From positions 427,302 to 491,301 of the forward strand of contig JBAZJZ010000001.1 in assembly GCA_041650995.1 (NCBI GenBank): a DNA stretch of 64,000 nucleotides, read 5' to 3'. This DNA is from Patescibacteria group bacterium. GTDB taxonomy: Bacteria > Patescibacteriota > Patescibacteriia > XYB2-FULL-38-15. Numbering within the stretch: the first letter of the stretch is position 1; every line of letters starts with the position of its first letter. Below are positions 9,511-20,915 of this stretch, in pieces. The translations under genes were made by a program, and so were the position numbers. The notes beneath the pieces were generated by a model, which was given only the letters and a program-made list of their open reading frames with translations, had not been told where the DNA came from and ran no database searches.

Positions 9511-9539
9511 TTGACAAATTTATGATATCATTGTAAGGT
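9511..9539 (+). promoter_or_regulatory. sigma70-like promoter
   Basis: TTGACA-17 bp-TAAGGT upstream of ORF 9588. Confidence 0.45.
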
Positions 9540-9587
9540 GAGGGGTTCCCTGGAAGAAGTACGAGGAATTCCGAAAGGAGGGTAACC

Positions 9588-10007
9588 ATGGGCAAGGTAG
9601 TAAGCATCTTCGCCGATGGTCGACTCCATCGGCAATTCCTAGACCGAATCACGAGGCTTGACCTCGAGTACATGAATGGTAACCTTTACCTCAAGCTGAC
9701 TACCAGCGGTAACGAACTCCCCGGCGGGCTAGATGAGTGGCTGAGAAAATACGCGAGGTTTCTCTTCGTTGTAAATAACGGAGAAAAGATCTTCGTAGGA
9801 CGAAGCTCCGGCAGGACGAGCTTCACTGGCGATCCGGACAATGTCCGCTACGTGGGGATCGAATTCCGCGGCCCTAAAGGGGGAAGTGTGAATCTCCTCA
9901 AGGAGCATACGCTAGAAATCACCTTGGCAGCTGGCAAGGAGCAGAAGTCATTCACGGCTATCAAGGAGGGCAAGAAGGACACACCCGAGATTGAGATAAT
10001 CTCGTAG
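9588..10007 (+). CDS. hypothetical protein (139 aa)
   Basis: AAAGGAGG Shine-Dalgarno site, own promoter, terminator at 10014-10049; no family recognised. Confidence 0.65.
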   Translation: MGKVVSIFADGRLHRQFLDRITRLDLEYMNGNLYLKLTTSGNELPGGLDEWLRKYARFLFVVNNGEKIFVGRSSGRTSFTGDPDNVRYVGIEFRGPKGGSVNLLKEHTLEITLAAGKEQKSFTAIKEGKKDTPEIEIIS

Positions 10008-10082
10008 GCGCATAGGACCGACGCCAAGAACCGCTTCGGTCCTCTTTTTATCTTATTATCTTATCCCCGCGATTTGCGAGGA

Positions 10083-10111
10083 TTGACTATTCTCTTCAAA
10101 TACGCTATAAT
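10083..10111 (+). promoter_or_regulatory. sigma70-like promoter
   Basis: TTGACT-17 bp-TATAAT. Confidence 0.65.
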
Positions 10112-10150
10112 TTTATGTTAAAATTAAAGAATAATTCTTGATCAATTTAT

Positions 10151-11530
10151 ATGCCACGAATTCCAACGGCAGAAAAAATTTCCGGACCAGAAACAGAAAA
10201 AATTGCGACTCATATTGCACTAACTTCCGAAGCCTCAAAAAATCATCCCGATCGTAACGAGGATGCCGCCTTTGTTGACCCAGCACAAGAATTAGCTGGC
10301 ATTTTTGATGGCATGGGCGGTGGCTTAGACGGAAAACAGGCTAGCGAATTGGCGGCTAAAATCTCTTTTGAAGAACTATCTAAAGTTCCCGAAGGAGCTG
10401 ATGCGAAAAAATGGGAAACGGCTATCAAACGAGCCCTGGAAAAAACTCAGGAAGAAGTTATAAAATTAGGCAACCAACTATTTTTTGAACAACTGGATGA
10501 TCCATTTATTGAAGCAACTTATAGAGATAAACCTCAAGATAAAATTCAGGAATTAATTATAGAAAAAGGAAAATCCCCTGCCGGAACAACAGCTTCTATC
10601 GTAAAAATGATTGAGCGGCCAGACGGCGGCGCTGACTTGGTGTTTGGCCATACTGGCGACAGTAGAATTTATGTTTTGAAAAAAGGTGAAGAATTAAAAA
10701 AATTAACAAAAGACCAGGGAGCCCTTGAAGAGTCTGTTCAAAATAAATATATTACCCAAGAAGAAGCTGATTTTATTGATCAGGCAACTAGTAAAGAAGA
10801 AATAATTCAAAAGTTCGGACCAGAAAGAGGCAACACGGTAGCCTTTCTTTACAAAGATTTGAGAAGAGGTGTAAAGAGCGCCCTTGGACTTAGCGGAAGC
10901 GAATTCCAAACAGGTATTGAACACCTTGAACCCGGCGACCTAGCAATTGTTACTTCCGATGGTATTCATGATAATTTGACTGATAAGGAAATCCGAGCAG
11001 AAATAATTAAAGGCGGAACGCCCGAAGAAATTTCCGCGCGGCTAGTTAAAGCCGCCAGAAAACGTGTTGCCGGAAAAGTTTTAAGATCTAAGGAAGATGA
11101 TATGACTGCGCTGGTTATGGAAACTCCGGAAATTGTTGAAGCCGCCGAAGCGGTTGAAGAACCTGCCCTTTCCCCGGAACAAGCGGCAAAAATTGAGGAT
11201 GATTTAAGAAAACTTCAAGAGATGGCAAAATATCTTAAGAATTTATTGACCGTGGCTAAAACCATAGAAAAAGGCCTTAAGCCGATTACCAGCAAAAAAA
11301 GAGTTGAAGAAATTATGGGTCTGGGCGGAGCAAGAGGTGTTGAGGATGCTCTTTACACGACCGAGACGGAAATTCTTAAAGCAGAGCGCGACTTAGCCGG
11401 ACATAAAGGAGACATTGCGATCGTACGAGAAACTACCACAAAACTTCGCCAAACTCGAGAAGGAAGAGAAAGACAACTTAAGGCGCGAGACCAGGAAGAT
11501 ATCGAGCAAATAAAATCCAGGGTAGCATAA
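10151..11530 (+). CDS. PP2C/PPM-family Ser/Thr phosphatase with C-terminal coiled coil
   Basis: RNEDA, IFDGMGG, GTTAS, HTGDSRIY, TSDGIHD and DDMTAL metal-binding motifs. Confidence 0.9.
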   Translation: MPRIPTAEKISGPETEKIATHIALTSEASKNHPDRNEDAAFVDPAQELAGIFDGMGGGLDGKQASELAAKISFEELSKVPEGADAKKWETAIKRALEKTQEEVIKLGNQLFFEQLDDPFIEATYRDKPQDKIQELIIEKGKSPAGTTASIVKMIERPDGGADLVFGHTGDSRIYVLKKGEELKKLTKDQGALEESVQNKYITQEEADFIDQATSKEEIIQKFGPERGNTVAFLYKDLRRGVKSALGLSGSEFQTGIEHLEPGDLAIVTSDGIHDNLTDKEIRAEIIKGGTPEEISARLVKAARKRVAGKVLRSKEDDMTALVMETPEIVEAAEAVEEPALSPEQAAKIEDDLRKLQEMAKYLKNLLTVAKTIEKGLKPITSKKRVEEIMGLGGARGVEDALYTTETEILKAERDLAGHKGDIAIVRETTTKLRQTREGRERQLKARDQEDIEQIKSRVA

Positions 11531-11537
11531 ATATATT

Positions 11538-11569
11538 AAAAGACCCGCCTAACTTGGCGGGTCTTTTTT
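11538..11569. terminator. bidirectional terminator between PP2C gene and thrS
   Basis: AAAAGACCCGCC-TAACTT-GGCGGGTCTTTTTT. Confidence 0.8.
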
Positions 11570-11576
11570 GATCTAC

Positions 11577-13343
<1,767 letters not shown>

Positions 13344-13470
13344 AAATAAAACTTTGTCTCCTCTGTTTACAAAGATTCTATAAATATAAATTTTATTATT
13401 ATCAAACGAGTGAGAGAAATGAAGTTGCTTTCATTTCCGAGCGAGCGCAGATAACAAAGGGCGAAGCCCT

Positions 13471-14652
13471 TTATTTAACAATAATACTCACATTATTCTT
13501 TATCTGCGGAACTTTTTTCACCCAAAAAGGTGAAAATTTTATGGTAATGCGCTCAATCTCCGGATAAATGGATAAATATTGAATTATTTTTTCTTTCGAA
13601 AGTCCGATAAATTTATCTTTGTCAAAAATCGAGCTGTCTGACTTTAGAGACATTTCTCCTGAAAGATGAACCATAATATTAGCTTCGCCGCTCGTAACAT
13701 TATATTTTTCCACTAAGAAAGTCATACCATTATAATCAACACTTGTCAATTCTTTATCAGCCGGAACTTTGGCTCCCAATTCTTGCCGCGCCAAACTCTC
13801 TAAATCTCGCTCATAAAAAGCTACTCCTACGACTTTCATTTTCAAATTAATGGTAAACTTATCGCCTGTCGCACCCGCCTTAAGATCGCTGCGTTTTTCG
13901 GAAATTTCTTTTATCACTACTTTACCAAAGATTTCTCCGGCCGAAGGCATTTCCTCTTTTAAACCCTCCATCACTTGCGTTGAAAGAGTTTGAGTCAAAT
14001 CGTTATAGGCATTATCTAAATCAGCTTGTGCAACAAACCGCTCTTCATGTTCTCCACCATGCATTGGGGAAAAGCTCTGAGCATAAATTTTATCCTGCAG
14101 CCCCTCCCAAAGTCCCGGAATAATAAATTTTGTGGGCCCGAGTTTCGCAGCAGCCTCCGAGGGAGTATCGGCATAAACTTCCACATTCTCTACTTTACCC
14201 CCGGCTGGAACGCTAACTCTATTTTTTAAACGATACAAAATTCCTTCCGGAGATAAAAGACGCGTCGTAGCCACAAGAGGCTGATCTTTGTTGTAATTAT
14301 TAAAAATTGTAACGGTTCCACCGACATCCCCTTGGACTTTTTTTATTCCAGTAGTTGGATATTCCTGACTACCCGAAACATTAGCTTCCTTCACTTTTCC
14401 TGAAATGGTAGCGGCACCCGGCACGGCAACTGATGGTTCGGCCGGATTTTGGATAGCGACTTCTTTCAAATCCGCGATAAAATCTGCGCTAACCGGCTCT
14501 TTGGCAACAGTCACCGCGATTTCCGCTCTACTCAAAACAAAATACGCCGCGAGAATTACCAAAATACTTGTCAGGGCCACAAAAATAAAAGCGATTCTCC
14601 GATAAAAACTAACTGGCGCTTCGTGTTTCCGCGATGTTTTACTTTTTGCCAT
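13471..14652 (-). CDS. membrane-anchored protein with baseplate J/gp47-like segment
   Basis: N-terminal TM; G.VTIFN...QPLVATTRL...G..YRL...VSVPAGG pattern resembles CPR baseplate-J-like proteins as I recall them; unverified. Confidence 0.55.
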   Translation of the reverse strand: MAKSKTSRKHEAPVSFYRRIAFIFVALTSILVILAAYFVLSRAEIAVTVAKEPVSADFIADLKEVAIQNPAEPSVAVPGAATISGKVKEANVSGSQEYPTTGIKKVQGDVGGTVTIFNNYNKDQPLVATTRLLSPEGILYRLKNRVSVPAGGKVENVEVYADTPSEAAAKLGPTKFIIPGLWEGLQDKIYAQSFSPMHGGEHEERFVAQADLDNAYNDLTQTLSTQVMEGLKEEMPSAGEIFGKVVIKEISEKRSDLKAGATGDKFTINLKMKVVGVAFYERDLESLARQELGAKVPADKELTSVDYNGMTFLVEKYNVTSGEANIMVHLSGEMSLKSDSSIFDKDKFIGLSKEKIIQYLSIYPEIERITIKFSPFWVKKVPQIKNNVSIIVK

Positions 14653-14676
14653 ATTACCTCCTTAAAATATTTTAAT

Positions 14677-16131
14677 CTATTTAATTTCTCCGTCTATCTC
14701 ATTCAACTCATTTTTCTTTTTGAGCCATCTTCTGGTTCCAAAAAGAATCGTTAACCCAAATAAAATTCCTATTGGAAAAGATAAATACGGATTTTTTGCC
14801 GACAAGAAACTGACGCGCACGGTGGTTGGGACTTTTTTCACAGTATTATTCTCACCATCAGTAACATTTAAAATTACAAGATAAGTCCCTGACTTTCCGT
14901 ACGAGTGTTGCACCTCACTGCCAGCCGCGGCTTTACTGTCTCCCAAATCCCAGTTATAACTTAAATTCTGCTCACCGGAATTATCCCTGACTTTAAAAAT
15001 AAAAGTATTCCAACTTAATTTAACAGAATCAACAAAAATATTTTCCAAATCCGCGCTCTGCTCCGACAAATTATCGCTTCCCGCCTGATTTGTCTCAAAC
15101 GCATTTTCATCCTCGTCTCCAGACGTAGCGCTTTCATCCTGATTCAATGGCGCAGCGTCATCTCCATCTTTTGTGCCATCCTGATCAGTATCTGGATTTT
15201 TAGGATCTGTGCCAATCTTGGCCTCATCAACGTCGCTCACCCCGTCATTATCATCATCGCTGTCACAGGCGTCACCAATTCCATCTTTATCAAAATCCGC
15301 CTGAGAAGCATTCGCTATCTTTTTACAATTATCACGACCATCGGGAACACCGTCCCCGTCAGTATCAGCCGGAGACGAAGAACCGCCTGAACTTGGAGGT
15401 GGCGTACTGTTATCCACCGAATCACAAACGTCGCCGACTCCGTCATGATCTTTATCGGCTTGATTTGAATTAACGGTTTTTGGACAATTATCTTGGCCAT
15501 CTAAAATTCCGTCATCGTCAGTATCTGGATCAAGCGGATTGGTGCCAATCTCCTGCTCTTTAACATCTGTTAAGCCATCGTTATCGTCATCCGCGTCGCA
15601 AGCATTACCGACTTTATCGCCATCAAAATCAGCTTGGTCAAAATTTGCTAAATTTGGACAATTATCATTTTTATCAATTACTCCGTCTCCATCAGTATCC
15701 TTTTCCGGATGAAACATTCCCGTCAGGGCAGAATCATTGGCCGGATTTTCATCTGCTATTGGTTGATTCTCTTTATTAACTCTAGTAATATCAACTCTGA
15801 TGTTAAAACTACCTTCGGGTACGACAAAATTTACAAAGACCTCGTCACTGACTCCATAAGCCCGTATTGAAACAACCTGTGAGGAACCTATCAACTGAGA
15901 CCCAGTATAAAAAGAAGCATATCCGGGAATATCATACTTACCATAGTTCTTGATGGCGGCGTAAAGAGTAATTGTCTGACCCGCGATTAAATTTGATTCT
16001 GAGAAAAAAATGTCATTCGAGCTGATCCCCATATCGTAATTCAGCGTTTGCGCTCCAACGCCCTTAGGAAGAAACGCGATAACACAAATAATAACCCCTA
16101 AAAAAACGCTTTTCGTGAGGAAATTTTTCAT
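14677..16131 (-). CDS. surface protein: CARDB-like Ig domain, thrombospondin type 3 Ca-binding repeats, PKD domain, C-terminal TM
   Basis: Signal peptide; repeated DTDGDG..D..DNC...N..Q.D.D.DG.GDACD; YNWDLGD..H.Y...G.Y.V.L.VTD. Confidence 0.85.
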   Translation of the reverse strand: MKNFLTKSVFLGVIICVIAFLPKGVGAQTLNYDMGISSNDIFFSESNLIAGQTITLYAAIKNYGKYDIPGYASFYTGSQLIGSSQVVSIRAYGVSDEVFVNFVVPEGSFNIRVDITRVNKENQPIADENPANDSALTGMFHPEKDTDGDGVIDKNDNCPNLANFDQADFDGDKVGNACDADDDNDGLTDVKEQEIGTNPLDPDTDDDGILDGQDNCPKTVNSNQADKDHDGVGDVCDSVDNSTPPPSSGGSSSPADTDGDGVPDGRDNCKKIANASQADFDKDGIGDACDSDDDNDGVSDVDEAKIGTDPKNPDTDQDGTKDGDDAAPLNQDESATSGDEDENAFETNQAGSDNLSEQSADLENIFVDSVKLSWNTFIFKVRDNSGEQNLSYNWDLGDSKAAAGSEVQHSYGKSGTYLVILNVTDGENNTVKKVPTTVRVSFLSAKNPYLSFPIGILFGLTILFGTRRWLKKKNELNEIDGEIK

Positions 16132-16228
16132 ATTTTTAAATTATATATATTAAGCTCCTTTCTGGAGCAAATATTAGTTTAACACGTTACTTAATTATAC
16201 AGGAAAATAGAATTTTGGGCAAAATCCA

Positions 16229-19200
16229 TTAACCATTTAAAATTTGCACATTTCCCTTGCCAATCACTCCTTCCAGCGCCTCGCGGCATTCGTCGCTTGG
16301 AAGAACAGCATAATCGGTTTGAATTTTTTTCCGGCCATCAGGACTTAAAACCGATAACAAAACTTTGTGGTCGCCCTTGAAACGAAAAAAAACGTCTTTT
16401 AATTTCTGCGTTGTTTCCACTCCTAATGAATTTATCCTGATACACACGGCTTTAGGTAAAATTTCAGACGAAGAGGTGTCTATCGGTGAGGAACCACTAT
16501 TTTGAATTTTTGGCGCGTCATTTCCTTCCGCAAATGAAGATGAATGATAAAATTTTCCATTTGTCTGACCCGCGCTTTTTACTATTTTTTCAATGTTATC
16601 CTTATTAATTTCTTTCACGTCTTCACAAATCAATTTCATTTCCCCGTCCTTATCGGACAATCTGCCACTCGCGAGAATTATTCGGCCCGATTGGAAAATG
16701 TCATTCATGTTTTTTAAAGTTTTAGGGAAAACTAAAAGTTCGGTCGAGCCTCCAACATCTTCAATTTTAGCAAAAAGCATTGGTTCGCCGCTTCGCGTAA
16801 TAACTTTTTTTACCTCATTAATCACTCCTGCGATTTTTATTTTTGTATTGGGCGGACACTGGCACAGTCTGGAACACGGCACGGCAATTTCCCGAAGACT
16901 TCCGGCAAACTCCGTTAAAGGATGCTCGCTAATGTAAAGGCCAATGTGTTCTTTTTCCCAAGAAAGTTTTTCTTCTTTTGTCGCGTCAGGAGCCGGCTCG
17001 AGGCGAAGTGTCGGAACGCCCGACGTTGTGGCCATAATGCCAAACAAACTGGTCTGTTGGCTTGCAGCCTCGCGGCCCAAATCTTTCGTAAAATCGAGCA
17101 ATCTATCCGAATTATGAAGCATCTGGTTTCTTTCACCAAAACGATCAAGCGCCCCGCATTTTATCAAACTTTCCAAGGATTTTTTATTTAAATCTTTTGT
17201 CTGAACTCTTGTTAAAAAATCTTCTAAATTTTTATACGCCCCGTTCGCTTTTCTTTCGTGAATAATTATTTTAACAATATTTTCCCCGACATTTTTAACA
17301 GCCAAAAGCCCAAAGCGGATACGCGGCTGGCCTTCGGCTAATGATGCGGCCACGACCGTAAAAGTGGAAAAGCTTTCATTAATATCCGGCGGCAAAACTT
17401 CAATCTTCATTTGTTTGCATTCTTCAACTAAAACGGCAATACGTTCAATGTCACCTTGGTCTGAGGTTAAAAGCGAGGCCATAAATTCGGTCGGATAGTT
17501 TGCTTTGAAATACGCCGTTTCGTAAGCGATTCTCGCGTAGCAGGCGGCGTGCGACCGGTTGAATCCATAACCAGCAAAAGGTTCGATAAAAGCGAAAACA
17601 TTTTCCGCTGTTTCTTTACTAATATTATTTTTTATACAACCATTAATAAATTTTTCTTTTTGCTCGCCCAAAAGTTTGGCGATTTTTTTACCGACGGCTT
17701 TACGCAAAATATCCGCTTCACCCAAAGTGAAACCGGCCAAATCGCGGGCAATCTGCAAAATCTGTTCCTGATAAACGGCGATGCCATGAGTTGTTGAGAG
17801 AATAGGCTCTAGTTTCGGATGAAGATATTTTATTTTTTTGTTGGAATTTTTCCCGGCAATAAAACTCGGAATCCAGTCCATCGGCCCTGGCCGATAAAGC
17901 GCGACCATGGCAATAATATCTTCAAAAATTGTCGGCTTCAATTCACGCAAATACCTTTTCATCCCCGAAGATTCAAGTTGAAAAACGCCGGTTGTATCCC
18001 CTTTTCTCAAAAGCGCGAATGTTTTTTCATCTTGGAGCGGAATTGATTCTATGTTAATTTTTTGCCCATGAATTTTTTCAACAATCCCCAGTGTATTTTC
18101 TAAAATCGTTAAATTTTTCAAACCCAAGAAGTCCATTTTTAGTAAACCTAAATCCTCAATCGGATGCAGGGAATATTGCGAAACTATGGTTTGGTCGCCG
18201 CTTGAAGCAAATTGCAATGGCGTGTGATAATCAAGCGGATTTTTGGTAATCACAACACCACAGGCGTGAGTTGAAGCATGGCGCGCCACTCCTTCCAATT
18301 TTCTTGCCGTGTCGATTAATTTTTTTGCTCCTTCGTCTTTATCGTATAATTCCTTAAATTCTAAAATATTTTTCAGGGCTTCATCCAGGGTGAACATCAT
18401 CGGAATCAACTTTGCCACCTGATCACAAAAACTGTAAGGAAAATCAAGCACGCGCCCCACGTCGCGAATCGCCGCGCGCGCAGCCATGGTTCCAAAAGTT
18501 ATAATTTGAGCCACGTGATCGCGTCCATATTTTCCTTCTACGTATTGAATTACCTCGCCTCGGCGAGTGTCGGTAAAATCTAAATCAATATCAGGCATGC
18601 TGATTCTTTCCGGATTTAAAAATCTTTCAAAAAGCAAATTATAAGTCAATGGATCAATATTTGTAATATTTGTTAAATATGAAACAATCGAGCCGGCTGC
18701 GCTACCGCGGCCCGGACCGACGACAATGCCGCTCGATTTCGCCCAATTAACAAAATCTTGAACAATCAAAAAATACGAAGCAAAACCGGTTTTATCAATC
18801 ACCGATAATTCATAATTTAATCGTTCCATAACTTTTCCTGCATCTACATTTCCAACCCCATCTTTCACTTTATATTCTCCATCAACCTTTATAATGCCAT
18901 ATCTTTTTTCTAATCCCTTTTCGCATAATTCCCGAAGATAAACATTCGCCGTTTTCCCGTCCGGAACTTCAAAATACGGCAACATTATTTTTCCAAGTTC
19001 CAATTCCACGTTGCACATCTCGGCAATTTTTACAGTGTTAGAAATCGCTTCCGGCACATCTTTAAAATCATTCTCCATCTGTTCCGACGGTCTCATTGAA
19101 TAATCTTCGCCCAGCATGCACATTCTGTCTTTCTCGCTGATCTTTCTTTTGGTTTGAAGACAAAGTAAAACATCCTGCGCTTCGGCATCTTCCGAGTTTA

Positions 19201-19825
19201 AATAATGAATATCGTTTGTCGCGACAAGCGGCACGCCTAATTTTTTAGAAAAATTTATTAATTCGCGATTTATAATCCCCTGCTCCTGGCTTGACGGATG
19301 ATGTTGCAGCTCTAAGAAAAAATTTTCCGGACCAAAGAGATTTTGATATTTTAAAATTAATTCTTTAGTTTTTTCTAAATCGCCGTTTAAAACCGATGCC
19401 GGAACTTCTCCCTGAATACAAGCGGAAAGCGCGATCAATCCTTCATGATATTTTTCCAAAACTTCCCAATCAATTCTCGGTTTATAATAAAAACCTTCCA
19501 AGTGAGCGATGGTGGTTATTTTGATCAAGTTTTGATAGCCTATATTATTTTTCGCGAGAAGTACGAGGTGATACGGCCGCTCGTCAATTCTTGCCCGTTT
19601 ATTTTGTCGGCCATTACGCGCGAGATACGCCTCCACTCCCAAAATAGGTTTGATCCCCGCCGCTCGGCATTTTTGATAAAATTCAACCACGCCATACATC
19701 ACTCCGTGATCGGTAAGGGCAAGCGCCGGCATATTGTCCGCCTTGGCCTTGGCAATCAAATCATCTAATTTTGCCAAACCATCGAGCAGGCTATAATGGC
19801 TGTGAGTGTGGAGATGGACAAACAT
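16229..19825 (-). CDS. dnaE: DNA polymerase III alpha subunit
   Basis: FVHLHTHSHYSLLDG PHP domain, GPGRGSAAGS, ISMPDIDLDF and GYGFNRSHA motifs. Confidence 0.98.
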   Translation of the reverse strand: MFVHLHTHSHYSLLDGLAKLDDLIAKAKADNMPALALTDHGVMYGVVEFYQKCRAAGIKPILGVEAYLARNGRQNKRARIDERPYHLVLLAKNNIGYQNLIKITTIAHLEGFYYKPRIDWEVLEKYHEGLIALSACIQGEVPASVLNGDLEKTKELILKYQNLFGPENFFLELQHHPSSQEQGIINRELINFSKKLGVPLVATNDIHYLNSEDAEAQDVLLCLQTKRKISEKDRMCMLGEDYSMRPSEQMENDFKDVPEAISNTVKIAEMCNVELELGKIMLPYFEVPDGKTANVYLRELCEKGLEKRYGIIKVDGEYKVKDGVGNVDAGKVMERLNYELSVIDKTGFASYFLIVQDFVNWAKSSGIVVGPGRGSAAGSIVSYLTNITNIDPLTYNLLFERFLNPERISMPDIDLDFTDTRRGEVIQYVEGKYGRDHVAQIITFGTMAARAAIRDVGRVLDFPYSFCDQVAKLIPMMFTLDEALKNILEFKELYDKDEGAKKLIDTARKLEGVARHASTHACGVVITKNPLDYHTPLQFASSGDQTIVSQYSLHPIEDLGLLKMDFLGLKNLTILENTLGIVEKIHGQKINIESIPLQDEKTFALLRKGDTTGVFQLESSGMKRYLRELKPTIFEDIIAMVALYRPGPMDWIPSFIAGKNSNKKIKYLHPKLEPILSTTHGIAVYQEQILQIARDLAGFTLGEADILRKAVGKKIAKLLGEQKEKFINGCIKNNISKETAENVFAFIEPFAGYGFNRSHAACYARIAYETAYFKANYPTEFMASLLTSDQGDIERIAVLVEECKQMKIEVLPPDINESFSTFTVVAASLAEGQPRIRFGLLAVKNVGENIVKIIIHERKANGAYKNLEDFLTRVQTKDLNKKSLESLIKCGALDRFGERNQMLHNSDRLLDFTKDLGREAASQQTSLFGIMATTSGVPTLRLEPAPDATKEEKLSWEKEHIGLYISEHPLTEFAGSLREIAVPCSRLCQCPPNTKIKIAGVINEVKKVITRSGEPMLFAKIEDVGGSTELLVFPKTLKNMNDIFQSGRIILASGRLSDKDGEMKLICEDVKEINKDNIEKIVKSAGQTNGKFYHSSSFAEGNDAPKIQNSGSSPIDTSSSEILPKAVCIRINSLGVETTQKLKDVFFRFKGDHKVLLSVLSPDGRKKIQTDYAVLPSDECREALEGVIGKGNVQILNG

Positions 19826-19828
19826 ATA

Positions 19829-20491
19829 TTACAAACTATCTATTTCTCTTTTTAAATTTTTCCTCGCCCGTTGTTCTAACTCTTTTCCCGCTTCTTCCGT
19901 AAAATATATTCTTGGTGTGTTTAAAAAATTTTCTAAAATTTTTCTTCTGCCCTCTCTGTACTGATCATCCGGAACCCACGCGTATTCTTGACGAATTTTT
20001 TTAGCATAGCTGTCATATTCGTCATCACTTGACCCGAGTATCGCCAAATCTCCATCCAAAAAAATTTCTGAATCTGGGTCATCCCCGATCAATTTATGAT
20101 TTGCAGTCGCCCTGATCAACGCTATTACGTGATTTGTGATTTCTCCCGAGACGCCTAACGATTTGAGATAATCTTCCGCATACTTAGCGCTTTGTTCTTC
20201 ATTATCCTTTGCTCTGGTATCATACACAACATCATGAAGCCATGCCGCTAATTTAAGACCCCGCGCGTCTTTTATTTTTTGTTCAAATTTTTCTAAAAAA
20301 ACTAAAAAATTCTTAATGTGTTCAAGATTATGATAAGCACGATCTTCGGACTCATATTTTTCAACAATTTTTCCGAATAACTCCAACGCTGATTCTCTTT
20401 TATCAATATCAAACATCTCACAAAAATCGTATCGTAGGGTTTCTAATTCCATTTTTTCTTTGCCATCTGAAATTTCAGAAGAACGCAACAT
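19829..20491 (-). CDS. HD-superfamily metal-dependent hydrolase
   Basis: RAYHNLEH, WLHDVVYD, DNEEQSA, FLDGDLAILG and IRQEY motifs. Confidence 0.85.
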   Translation of the reverse strand: MLRSSEISDGKEKMELETLRYDFCEMFDIDKRESALELFGKIVEKYESEDRAYHNLEHIKNFLVFLEKFEQKIKDARGLKLAAWLHDVVYDTRAKDNEEQSAKYAEDYLKSLGVSGEITNHVIALIRATANHKLIGDDPDSEIFLDGDLAILGSSDDEYDSYAKKIRQEYAWVPDDQYREGRRKILENFLNTPRIYFTEEAGKELEQRARKNLKREIDSL

Positions 20492-20597
20492 AAAATTTTA
20501 TTTATAAAACTCAAAAGTCAAAATTCCCCCTTACATTATAAAAAAACTAAATAGGAATTTTGACTTTAAATTCTTTGTCTTCTATTCTTTATCTTTT

Positions 20598-20879
20598 CTA
20601 CTTCCGGGATTTTTTCTTTCGCTCACCAACAAACTCAACCATTTTTTCTACCGCCTTACCAATCAACCCGAGATACGCTGAAGTATTTTCAAATTTTTCT
20701 TTTATCCTTTCCACTGTCTGGCTGATTTTTTCCATTTTTTCGCGAAAGCTCGTGATTACTTTATTGGCTTGCCGCAGCATCATTATAACATAATAAAGCA
20801 TCCACGAAAGAAAAATCGTCAGCCATAAAACTGAAAAAGCAAGAACTACGTAAAGAAGATCCTTACTAGTTTCTATCAT
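20598..20879 (-). CDS. small membrane-anchored coiled-coil protein
   Basis: One N-terminal TM followed by a heptad-rich tail. Confidence 0.65.
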   Translation of the reverse strand: MIETSKDLLYVVLAFSVLWLTIFLSWMLYYVIMMLRQANKVITSFREKMEKISQTVERIKEKFENTSAYLGLIGKAVEKMVEFVGERKKKSRK

Positions 20880-20915
20880 ATTTCCTCCTATAAATTAATT
20901 ATTTAAATTATATAA

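Noticed and set aside
6075-10050. Integron cassette array
   Set aside because: No intI gene and no convincing attC sites were recognised, and the small genes are dispersed between core genes.
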